Source: an uncultured Alphaproteobacteria bacterium (lineage in GTDB: Bacteria > Pseudomonadota > Alphaproteobacteria > Acetobacterales > Acetobacteraceae). Taken from it: a DNA stretch of 64,000 bases. Below, piece after piece: positions 32,502 through 44,504 of this stretch. Position numbers and translations under genes: made by a program. Each line of letters starts with the position of its first letter. The stretch's first letter is position 1. The notes below the pieces were generated by a model. The model had not been told where the DNA came from, did no database searches, and saw nothing but the letters and a program-made list of their open reading frames with translations. The DNA is taken from contig CAVVPW010000001.1 of the NCBI GenBank assembly GCA_963750235.1, positions 105,405 to 169,404 on the forward strand, given 5' to 3'.

Positions 32502-33931
32502 GACTCAGCCCCTCTCTGGCGCGCGGCCGCCCCACCAGCCCCGCGCGCTACGCCTCCCAGCTCGCGGATCACGGCGGCGTCATCGAACGGGATCACCTCA
32601 CCCTTCACGATCTGCCCCTGCTCATGCCCCTTGCCCGCCACCACCAGCACATCGCCGGGGGCGAGGCCCTCAAGAGCTGCGGCAATGGCCGCGCGGCGGT
32701 CGCCAATCTCCCGCGCCCCCGGGCAGGCCGCCAGAATCGCGGCGCGGATCGTGGCCGGGTCCTCGGAGCGGGGGTTGTCGTCGGTCACGATGCACACATC
32801 CGCGCCTTTCGCCGCCGCTTCGCCCATCAGCGGGCGCTTGCCGGCGTCACGGTCGCCCCCGGCGCCGAACACGATATGCAGCCGCCCGGTGGCATGCGGG
32901 CGCAGCGCGCTCAGCACGCGGGCAATGGCATCCGGCGTATGGGCGTAATCCACGTAGGCGGCGGTGCCGTTCGGCAGCACCAGCGCGCGCTCCAACCGCC
33001 CGCGCACGCCGTGCAGCAGCGGCACCAAGGCGAAGGCATCCGCCACGCCGACCGCCTCGGCGAGGCTCGCCGCCAGCATCGCGTTGTCGGCCTGGAACCT
33101 TCCCGGCAGATGCAGTTCCACGCGCCGCCCGCCGCAGATCACCTCCTGCCCGTCCGGCCGGGGGATCACGCGCTCCACCGCAACAGTCTCGAATTCAATC
33201 CCTTTTTCGGCGGCAATGGCGCGCAGCCGGGCCAGCACCCCGGGCTCCAAGTCGGCCATCGCCCGCGCCGCGGCACCCCGCTTCATTAGCGTGGAGAACA
33301 GCCGGAGCTTGGCCTCGGCATAGGCCTCCATGGTGCCGTGGTAATCGAGATGGTCGCGCGTGAGGTTGGTGAATCCGGCGGCGGCGAAGCGCAGCCCGTC
33401 AAGCCGGCTCTGCTCCAGCCCGTGGCTGGAAGCCTCCATTGCCACGTCCGTCACACCCTGCTCGGCGAGTTCCGCCAGCGTGTTGGCCAGCGTCACCGGG
33501 TCCGGCGTGGTCAGGCTTTCCGTCACCGGCCGACCGGGGGCGATCACCCCCAGCGTGCCGAGCGAGGCCGATTTCCGCCCCGCCAGGGTGAATATCTGCC
33601 GCAGGAAATCCACGGTGCTGGTCTTGCCGTTGGTGCCGGTCACGGCCACCAGCCGCTCGGGCATCTTCCCGGCCAGCTCCACCGCCAGCTCGGCCAGGGC
33701 CGCGCGCGGCGCGGGCGACGTGATAAGCCGGCGCGGCGGCACGCCGGGCGGCCATTGCGTGCCCTCGGGCGCCAGCACGGCAACCGCGCCTTTCGCCACG
33801 GCGTCGGCGATGAAGCGCCGCCCATCCACTTTCGTCCCCGGCAGAGCCGCGAACACGTAGCCCGGCTTCACTGCCCGGCTATCTGCGGTAATGCCGGTCA
33901 CGTCACTCAAGTCAGGCCTTCCCATCGTCAT
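32497..33931 (-). CDS. murE: MurE ligase; reads through into MurF as sequenced
   Basis: TADSR, VTGTNGKTS, FTNLTRDHLDYH, DYAHTPD, DNPRSE, AGKGHE. Confidence 0.93.
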
Positions 33932-35978
33932 TACTATCCAGCGCCGTCATATGGCTGCCCATCATTGGCGAGACCGGCGCCATGATCCCGTCATGCCGCA
34001 CATGCGTGCCGTGCGAGGCCGATGGCACCGGAGCCAGCTTGCTGCCCGTATCCGCCTGCGCGGCCGGAGGGGCCGGTGGGGCCGGCGGCGTCGTCCCCAT
34101 CAACTCGTAGGCGAAGGGATTTGCTCCCGCCGGCAGCGGATCGTCCGGCCCCAGCGCCCTCTGCCCCGGCGGCGGGGTGGGGGTCAGCGGCACGGTCAAC
34201 TGCTGGTCCAACTGCGCGAGCTGGTCGCCTGTCGCCGGCAGAATACCCAGCATCGGCCCGATACGGGCAATGATCCGCCCCACTGTCGGCGCCGCGATGT
34301 AGCCGCCGGTGGTGAAGCCGTAAGTGGTGGCGTCCGGCTTGGGCTGCAACACCAGCACGTAGATCACGTATTGCGGATTATCCATGGGGAAAGACGCCAT
34401 GAATGACGCGTTATTGGTGTGCTTCAGGTACCCGCCATTCGGCCCCACCACCTGCGCGGTACCAGTCTTGCCGCCCACCACATAGCCAGGTACCGCGGCA
34501 TTCTTGCCGGTGCCCGTCAGCACCACATCGGTCATCATCTTGCGCATCAGGTCCGATGTGCTTTGTTGCATGATGCGCACACCCTGCGGCTGCGGCCCGT
34601 TTGGATCCACTTTCAGCAGCGTCGGGTCGTAGCGAATGCCGCCATTGACGACCGGCAGCACAGCCGTAATGACCTGCAGCGGGCTCACGGCAATGCCTGC
34701 GCCGAAGGAGACGGTCAGCGTCGCCGCCAGTCCCCAGTTATTGAAGGACGGGAATAGCGGTTTCGGCGGCCCCGGCAACTGAATATCCAGCGGCTGGAAA
34801 AATTGCTGTTTGGTGAACCAGGCCTGCTCGATCTTCGGTCCGAGAATGGCGGCGATGCGCGAGGCACCAATGTTGGAGGAGACGTTGAGGATCTCCGGCA
34901 CTGCCATCCATTCATGCGACGGCTCGAAATCGGTGATGTGAAAACGCCCGACTTTCAGCGGATGCGTGGTGTCAAAATAATCCCACCAATGGACCATCCC
35001 GGAATCCAGCGCCATGGAGATGGTCTGCAATTTGAATACCGATCCCGGCTCATAGGTGCCGTTGACGCAGCGGTCGAACTGGCTGTTGCGGTCGGCGCTG
35101 CCATAGGTGTTCACGTCGTAATCCGGCAGGCTGGCCATGGCGAGGATCTCGCCCGTATGCGCGTTCATCACGATGGCGCAGCCGCCCGGCGACTGGAATT
35201 CCTTCACCGCCGCGGCCAGTTCGTCATGCACGATGCTCTGGATGCCGGCATCGATGGACAGCGCCAGCGGCTGGGTATTGTTGCTGGTCAGGGTCTGCTG
35301 GAAATACTGCTCCACGCCGGCCACGCCGGTGCCATCCACCTTCACCCCGCCCAGGATATGCGCGGCAAGGTTGCCGTCCGGGTAGTGCCGCTTCTCGTTA
35401 TTCTCGAAATACACGCCCGGAATGCCGAGCGAATTCACCGCCAGCTCCTCCTGCGGCGTCAGCTTGCGGTCGAGATAGACGAATTCCTTGCGCTTCTCGG
35501 GAGGCACCCCGGCGCCAAGCTTCTGCGCCGTCTGCGCCACGTCAATGTCCGGCATGGCGTTGGCCAGCAGCTGAGCTGCCGCCTGCGGGTCCGGCACCTG
35601 CTGCGGGTCGGCGTAAAGCTCCGCGCCGGGCAGCGAGACGGCCAGTATGGTGCCGTTACGGTCGGTGATATCCGCGCGCGAGGGCGGCGGCGGGGTCATA
35701 TCCAGCTGCGGCTGCATGGCGGCGATCTGCGCGGCACTCGGCAGCAGCGGATGCACCACGGTCGACCACGCAAGCTTCGCCGCCAGCACGCCATAGAGCC
35801 CGAGGAACAGCAACGCTGCGATCACCATCCGTCCGCGCGCCTTGTCCAGTACGCGGCGCTGGTCGAGGTCAGGCGCCGTGACCCGCACATTCTCCATCAG
35901 CGGCACGGCGCCGCCGCGCTCGGGCGCGCCCTTCCGCCGCGAGGGCGGCGGCTGGTCCGGCCGCAAAGTAAGTGTCAA
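33912..35978 (-). CDS. ftsI: Penicillin-binding protein FtsI (class B)
   Basis: RADITDRNG, EPGSVFK (SxxK), SSN (SxN), KTGT; TTG start overlapping the upstream stop. Confidence 0.93.
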   Translation of the reverse strand: MTLTLRPDQPPPSRRKGAPERGGAVPLMENVRVTAPDLDQRRVLDKARGRMVIAALLFLGLYGVLAAKLAWSTVVHPLLPSAAQIAAMQPQLDMTPPPPSRADITDRNGTILAVSLPGAELYADPQQVPDPQAAAQLLANAMPDIDVAQTAQKLGAGVPPEKRKEFVYLDRKLTPQEELAVNSLGIPGVYFENNEKRHYPDGNLAAHILGGVKVDGTGVAGVEQYFQQTLTSNNTQPLALSIDAGIQSIVHDELAAAVKEFQSPGGCAIVMNAHTGEILAMASLPDYDVNTYGSADRNSQFDRCVNGTYEPGSVFKLQTISMALDSGMVHWWDYFDTTHPLKVGRFHITDFEPSHEWMAVPEILNVSSNIGASRIAAILGPKIEQAWFTKQQFFQPLDIQLPGPPKPLFPSFNNWGLAATLTVSFGAGIAVSPLQVITAVLPVVNGGIRYDPTLLKVDPNGPQPQGVRIMQQSTSDLMRKMMTDVVLTGTGKNAAVPGYVVGGKTGTAQVVGPNGGYLKHTNNASFMASFPMDNPQYVIYVLVLQPKPDATTYGFTTGGYIAAPTVGRIIARIGPMLGILPATGDQLAQLDQQLTVPLTPTPPPGQRALGPDDPLPAGANPFAYELMGTTPPAPPAPPAAQADTGSKLAPVPSASHGTHVRHDGIMAPVSPMMGSHMTALDSNDDGKA

Positions 35979-36754
35979 TTGGTGCCCCCTTGGGCCATGC
36001 CTAGCAGGGAGCCGCCATTATCCATCGGCATCGAGGCTGGCTCGGCGCTGGCCACGGCCCGCACGGACATCACCTGCGCGCCAAGCGGCTCGGCGCGCGG
36101 CATGGGGGCGGGCGCGGCGTCAGCGACGTAAAGGGCCGAGGCATTTTCTTCATGCAGTACATGCGCGGGGCGATGGGCGGCATGGTGCGCCACGCCCTCG
36201 GCGCTGGCCACACGCTGCTCCTGCGCGTGCCTCACAGCCGGCCCGGGCGCGGATACGGCGACGGACGCGGCGTTGAAGGAAGCCAGCCGCACCGACGCCG
36301 CCGGCTTGGCCGCGGGCGCGGCGGAGGCCACGGCCACCGGAGCCTGAGCCGGTGCGACAGTTGCGGCCGGAGAGGCAGATGCGGGCGCGGAAGCAGGCGC
36401 AGCCTGTGCCAGCTGCGGCATGGCGGGGACGGGATCAGCCGGGTTCGCCCCCGGCGGCAGGCTGCCCGGCGCGGGCAGATTGCTGCCCAGGCTGGCCAGC
36501 GTCGTCAGCTGACCCGGCTTCATCGGCTGCAGCCCGGTGAACTGCGCCGCCAGCGAGGCCAGGCGAGACGGATCCGCCTCCAGCGCCCACTGCGCCTGCA
36601 AAACGCGTATGCTCTGCTCGTCCTGGCGCGTCGCCTGCGTCACCTGGGTAAGTTGGTCGTCCAGCGCCTCGCTATGGTGCTTGACCGTGAACAGATACGC
36701 GCCGGAGAGCGCGAACATCATGCCGCTGATGAGGGTGAAGGGACGTAGGATCAT
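35975..36754 (-). CDS. ftsL: FtsL-like cell division protein with long Ala/Pro-rich extension
   Basis: N-terminal TM helix, coiled coil VLQAQWALEADPSRL; position between rsmH and ftsI. Confidence 0.7.
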   Translation of the reverse strand: MILRPFTLISGMMFALSGAYLFTVKHHSEALDDQLTQVTQATRQDEQSIRVLQAQWALEADPSRLASLAAQFTGLQPMKPGQLTTLASLGSNLPAPGSLPPGANPADPVPAMPQLAQAAPASAPASASPAATVAPAQAPVAVASAAPAAKPAASVRLASFNAASVAVSAPGPAVRHAQEQRVASAEGVAHHAAHRPAHVLHEENASALYVADAAPAPMPRAEPLGAQVMSVRAVASAEPASMPMDNGGSLLGMAQGGTN

Positions 36755-37686
36755 GCCGCGAGCCTTTCCATGACCCGCAACTTGGCGCTGCGGGCGCGGG
36801 GGTTTGCGTTGAGTTCCGCCGCGCCGGCGGTAACCGGCGTCTTTGTCACCAGGACAAAACGCGGCTTGGCCTGAGCCAGTAGCCCGGCCGGGTCATGCCG
36901 CGAGGCGCCCGGCGCGCGCCCGGCGCCAGCAGCAAAAAACTGCTTCACGATCCGATCTTCCAGTGAGTGGAAGCTCACCACGACCAGCCGCCCGCCAGGC
37001 TTCAGCATCGCCGCCGACTGTTCCAGCGCCGCCTCGATGTCCGTCAACTCCTCGTTCACGGCAATGCGCAGCGCCTGAAAGCTCCTCGTTGCCGGGTCCA
37101 GCCCCGATTTATCCGCCCTCACGACACTCCGTATCACGCTCGCCAGTTCCGCCGTCGTTGTGAATTTCTGTACTTTCCGCCGCTCGACGATGGCCTTCGC
37201 CACCCTGCGGGCGGCCTTTTCCTCTCCGAACTTGAAAAGAATATCCGCGAGTTCGGATTCGGGGCAAAAATTAACCAGCCGCTCCGCATTCATTTCGCTG
37301 CTGCCCATTTGCATATTCAAAGGCCCGTCATGGCGAAAAGAAAATCCGCGCGCCGGATCGTCGATCTGATACGAGGAAACCCCAAGATCAAACACAGCGC
37401 CGTCGAGCGCGAAAACTCCGCGCTCCGCCAGCAACTCTGAAATATTGCTGATTCTACCTTCGCAAATCTCGAATCGACCAGGATATTCGCGTTCCAACTC
37501 GCGCCCGCGGGCCACTGCCGCCGGGTCGCGGTCGACGGCAAAAAGCTTGCAATCCGCCGCGTCGAGAATCGCCCTGGCATAGCCGCCACCGCCAAAAGTC
37601 CCATCCAGAAAAACACCGCCATCGCGCGGCTGCAGCATCGTCACAGCCTCGTCGCGTAGAACTGGAATGTGTGAAAATTCTGTCAT
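36751..37686 (-). CDS. rsmH: 16S rRNA m4C1402 methyltransferase
   Basis: HIPVL, DGTFGGGGY, DLGVSS, FHSLEDR, NPRARSAKLR. Confidence 0.97.
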   Translation of the reverse strand: MTEFSHIPVLRDEAVTMLQPRDGGVFLDGTFGGGGYARAILDAADCKLFAVDRDPAAVARGRELEREYPGRFEICEGRISNISELLAERGVFALDGAVFDLGVSSYQIDDPARGFSFRHDGPLNMQMGSSEMNAERLVNFCPESELADILFKFGEEKAARRVAKAIVERRKVQKFTTTAELASVIRSVVRADKSGLDPATRSFQALRIAVNEELTDIEAALEQSAAMLKPGGRLVVVSFHSLEDRIVKQFFAAGAGRAPGASRHDPAGLLAQAKPRFVLVTKTPVTAGAAELNANPRARSAKLRVMERLAA

Positions 37687-38129
37687 CGCGCGGGCACTCC
37701 AAAGGCGATCTTCGGCGCCGCGGCGCAGGACGCCTCAAGGAACGCCCGCCCCGCCTCCGGCTCCCAGATGTGGAAATGGTCGCCACGGCCGAGAAAACAC
37801 ACGGCGTCGGCCAGTTTAGCGCGCGCCGCCAGATGCGCCGGGATCATGATCCGCCCCTGCGCGTCCAACTCCACCTCCGCCGCCTGGCTGTAGACCACGC
37901 TGGCCAGCGCGTAATGCTCCGGGTCGGTCTCGGCCAGCGCGTCCACCTTCTCCTGGAACTTGGCGTAATCGGGCAATGGCCAGGCCTCCACGCAGCCGTC
38001 CAGCAGCGAGGGCCGCAGCACGAGCGTCATCTCCGGCGTGGCCTTCCACACATTGCGGAACGCCGCCGGGACGGAAACCCGTCCCTTCGCATCCAGCTTA
38101 TTCTCGTGGCTGCCGAAGAGTCGCTTCAT
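37683..38129 (-). CDS. mraZ: Transcriptional regulator MraZ
   Basis: KLDAKGRVSVP, ELDAQGRI, HIWEP. Confidence 0.93.
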   Translation of the reverse strand: MKRLFGSHENKLDAKGRVSVPAAFRNVWKATPEMTLVLRPSLLDGCVEAWPLPDYAKFQEKVDALAETDPEHYALASVVYSQAAEVELDAQGRIMIPAHLAARAKLADAVCFLGRGDHFHIWEPEAGRAFLEASCAAAPKIAFGVPAR

Positions 38130-38150
38130 CGGGATTAAACGCGAGGCCTT

Positions 38151-38187
38151 CCACCACTTTATGGGAAAACGTGGGTTTCTTTCCCAC
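38151..38187. promoter_or_regulatory. Possible MraZ boxes (TGGG units at 10-bp spacing)
   Basis: aTGGGaaaacgTGGGtttctttCCCAc upstream of mraZ; mixed orientation. Confidence 0.35.
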
Positions 38188-38380
38188 TAGCATGCCGCAC
38201 CTCCCCCCGTCAAAGAGATTTGCAGGAGAATCCTGCACGAAGTCGGAACGAATCTCGCTCGCAAAATCTCCAGTTTTTTGCAATCACGTTCGCCATTTGT
38301 TCGCGTTTTTGGCCCGCGAAACTGCGGCAAATCAATTTCGTTACCGATCCGAATAACTTGACCGGAACAAAACAGAAAAA

Positions 38381-38764
38381 TCCAGACGGTCTGTAAGCCG
38401 GGTTCTGTCCACACCGCAAGGGCGCTGGACGGCCATTCATCTGGGACGGACGTTACCGCCCGCCTCGCGCGACCAACCCGGGCGGCGAACCGGAAATCGT
38501 TCCGCGCCCATGCTTACGCACGGCGCCGGCCACCCCTATTCGGTCTTGCTCCCGGTGGGGTTTACCCTGCCCTCGCTGTTACCAGAGAGGCGGTGCGCTC
38601 TTACCGCACCATTTCACCCTTACCTTGGGCGAACCCGAAGGCGGTATGTTTCTGTGGCACTGTCCCTGGGGTCGCCCCCGCCGGCTGTTAGCCGGCACCG
38701 TATTTCCGTGGAGCCCGGACTTTCCTCCCGTGGTTTCCCACCGGCGGCCGTCCAACCGTCTGGA
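38381..38764 (-). ncRNA. rnpB: RNase P RNA, bacterial type A
   Basis: Minus strand has GAGGAAAGTCCGGGCTCC near the 5' end and ACAGAACCCGGCTTA near the 3' end; P1 arms TCCAGACGGT/ACCGTCTGGA pair perfectly. Confidence 0.96.
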
Positions 38765-38786
38765 ACGCCTTCCCTACTCCGGGCGC

Positions 38787-39449
38787 TCAGGCGCGGTCAA
38801 CCAGCGCACGCAGCGCCGCCGCGCGCGCCGCCGTGCGCGCATCCGCCATGCCGGAGAGACTTGCGGGGAGAAAATGCCGCTGAAACGCGGTGATCACGTC
38901 GCGCTCCGGCAGGCTCACATCGTAGCCGATGGCGGCGAGGTCCGCCCGCACGTTGCCGGGCTGGCCGAAATCATCCGTCCACAGGCCAATGCCCGCCGCC
39001 GCCAGCCCCTTCCAGTCGAACAGCTCGCCCGGGTCCTGCTTGCGGTTGGGGGCGATGTCCGAATGCGCGATCACGTTGCGCGCCGGGATGGGGTGGCGCG
39101 AGAGTATGCCCAGGCAAAGCTCGCGCACCGCGTCCATCTGCGCCGCGGGGAACGGCCTGTAGCCCCATTCATGCCCGGGGTTGACGATCTCGATCCCGAC
39201 CGAGGCGCCGTTGAGCATCCTGTGCCCGCGCCAATAGGAAATTCCGGCGTGCCAGGCGCGCTTTTCCTCCGGTACCAGGCAGTACACCGCACCGTCCTCA
39301 TCTACCACGTAATGCGAGGACACCTTGGCCTCCGGCGAGCGCAGCAGGTCGATGGCCGACTGCGCCGTGGGCATGCCTGTGTAGTGCAGCACGAGGAATT
39401 CCACCGCCGCGTCACGCTCGTCGAAATTCGGTGAGGGCCGCAGGATCAT
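38787..39449 (-). CDS. N-acetylmuramoyl-L-alanine amidase (AmpD/AmiD type)
   Basis: LVLHYTGM, SSHYVV, RAWHAG, SVGIEIVN, AHSDIAPNRKQDPG; start refined to ATG 39449. Confidence 0.93.
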   Translation of the reverse strand: MILRPSPNFDERDAAVEFLVLHYTGMPTAQSAIDLLRSPEAKVSSHYVVDEDGAVYCLVPEEKRAWHAGISYWRGHRMLNGASVGIEIVNPGHEWGYRPFPAAQMDAVRELCLGILSRHPIPARNVIAHSDIAPNRKQDPGELFDWKGLAAAGIGLWTDDFGQPGNVRADLAAIGYDVSLPERDVITAFQRHFLPASLSGMADARTAARAAALRALVDRA

Positions 39450-40084
39450 GCCACGAGCCTCCTGGTCAGCAGCAGGTCCAGCCCCAGCGCCAGCATCAGC
39501 CCGCCCGCCCCCTGGCGCACCCGTGCGATCATCCCCCCGCGCCCGGACAATGACCCGCCCACCGCCCCCGCCGCCAGCGCCACGGTCACATCGGCGCTGG
39601 TGTTCAGCGCCACCGAGACCAGCCCCAGTGCTGCGAACTGCAGCGCCACATGCCCGCGCGAAAGATCGACGAATTGCGGCAGGAACGCGAGAAAGAACGC
39701 CGCCGTCTTGGGGTTCAGCGCCTCGACGAAGATGCCATCCACCACCGCCCGGCGCGGATTGGCGGGCCGCACCTCCACCGCCTGCAACATGGCGACATCC
39801 CGCCGCGCGGAGCGGATCATGCAGATGCTTATCCACACCAGATACGCCGCCCCGGCCAGCTTCATCAGCGCGAACAGCTTGGCGCTGGCCAGCACAATGG
39901 CTGACACACCCGCTGCCCCGGCGGCAACATGGACCATTCCGCCAATCCCCGTCCCGGCGCCGGAGGCCAGCCCCTCCAGCCGCCCGGCGGCCAGGCTGCG
40001 GGTGCTCACATAGAAGATACTCGGCCCCGGCAGCAGCGCCAGCACCAGCGCCGCCGCAAGAAACACCTGGAAATTCTGGAACAT
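39446..40084 (-). CDS. LysE-family translocator
   Basis: LALLPGPS, GAAYLVWI, VEALNPKTAAFFLAFLPQF; start refined to ATG 40084. Confidence 0.9.
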   Translation of the reverse strand: MFQNFQVFLAAALVLALLPGPSIFYVSTRSLAAGRLEGLASGAGTGIGGMVHVAAGAAGVSAIVLASAKLFALMKLAGAAYLVWISICMIRSARRDVAMLQAVEVRPANPRRAVVDGIFVEALNPKTAAFFLAFLPQFVDLSRGHVALQFAALGLVSVALNTSADVTVALAAGAVGGSLSGRGGMIARVRQGAGGLMLALGLDLLLTRRLVA

Positions 40085-40085
40085 T

Positions 40086-40859
40086 CTACAGCCGCCGCTC
40101 GCGCTTGATGGCATCGTAGGCGGCGTTGATCCGCGCCACCTTCTCCGAGGCCAGCTTGATCCGCGCTGCCGAAGCGCCCTGCGAGGCCAGCACATCCGGA
40201 TGGTGCTCGCGCACAAGCTGCTTCCAGCGGGCGCGTATCTCGTCCGCCGTGGCGCTGCGGCGCAGGCCGAGCACGGCGTAGGCGTCCTCGGTGGGCTCGG
40301 GCGCCGCCACACCGCCCGAGGCGCGGCGCATCGCCGCCTCGTCCAGCCGGAAGGCGAAGCCCACCCGCCCCAGGAAATCCGCCTCCGCCCCGTTCAGCGG
40401 GCCATCGGCCCGGGCAATCTGGTACAGCCCGGCCAGCACCTGCTCCAAAATCCCCCGGCTATCGGAAAACGCCTGGCCAAGCTGCATCGCGTAGCTCTCG
40501 AAGCCTTCGGTGCTGTTGCGCGCGCTGTCGAACAGCCGCCCTACCTCGGCGACATTCTCCGGCGGAATGGCGAAGCTCCGCTTGAAGGCGTCGATCTCCA
40601 CCCGGCTTACCGGGCCGTCGCATTTCGCCAGCTTGGCGGCCAGCACCGTTACGCCGACGGCGAAAAGCTGGTCCCGCCCGCCCAGCATGGCCGTGAGCCT
40701 GGCGCTGTCGAACGGCATCACGCGGTCGCCCAAGAAGGAGAAGGCGTGCAACCGCCCCTCATCCGCCGCGTGGCCCAGCGCCGCGCCGAATAACGCGCCC
40801 ACCGGCCCGCCCATGGCGAAACCAGCCATGCCACCGATAAACTTGCCCCAGTAACTCAT
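40086..40859 (-). CDS. djlA: DjlA-like co-chaperone (TerB-like domain plus C-terminal J domain)
   Basis: N-terminal WGKFIGG TM segment, AKCDG, HHPD J-domain motif, INAAYDAI. Confidence 0.85.
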   Translation of the reverse strand: MSYWGKFIGGMAGFAMGGPVGALFGAALGHAADEGRLHAFSFLGDRVMPFDSARLTAMLGGRDQLFAVGVTVLAAKLAKCDGPVSRVEIDAFKRSFAIPPENVAEVGRLFDSARNSTEGFESYAMQLGQAFSDSRGILEQVLAGLYQIARADGPLNGAEADFLGRVGFAFRLDEAAMRRASGGVAAPEPTEDAYAVLGLRRSATADEIRARWKQLVREHHPDVLASQGASAARIKLASEKVARINAAYDAIKRERRL

Positions 40860-40934
40860 GAACCTAGTCTAGCACGCCCTTGAACCCGGCCCAACAATCG
40901 GACATCAACGAGGGCGACATTTTTGGGCAGGCGC

Positions 40935-44500
<3,566 letters not shown>

Positions 44501-44504
<4 letters not shown>

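Noticed and set aside
38787-40859. djlA-lysE-amidase-rnpB-mraZ run as a novel system
   Set aside because: Amidase-rnpB-mraZ linkage is a familiar alphaproteobacterial arrangement; nothing here points to a new function.
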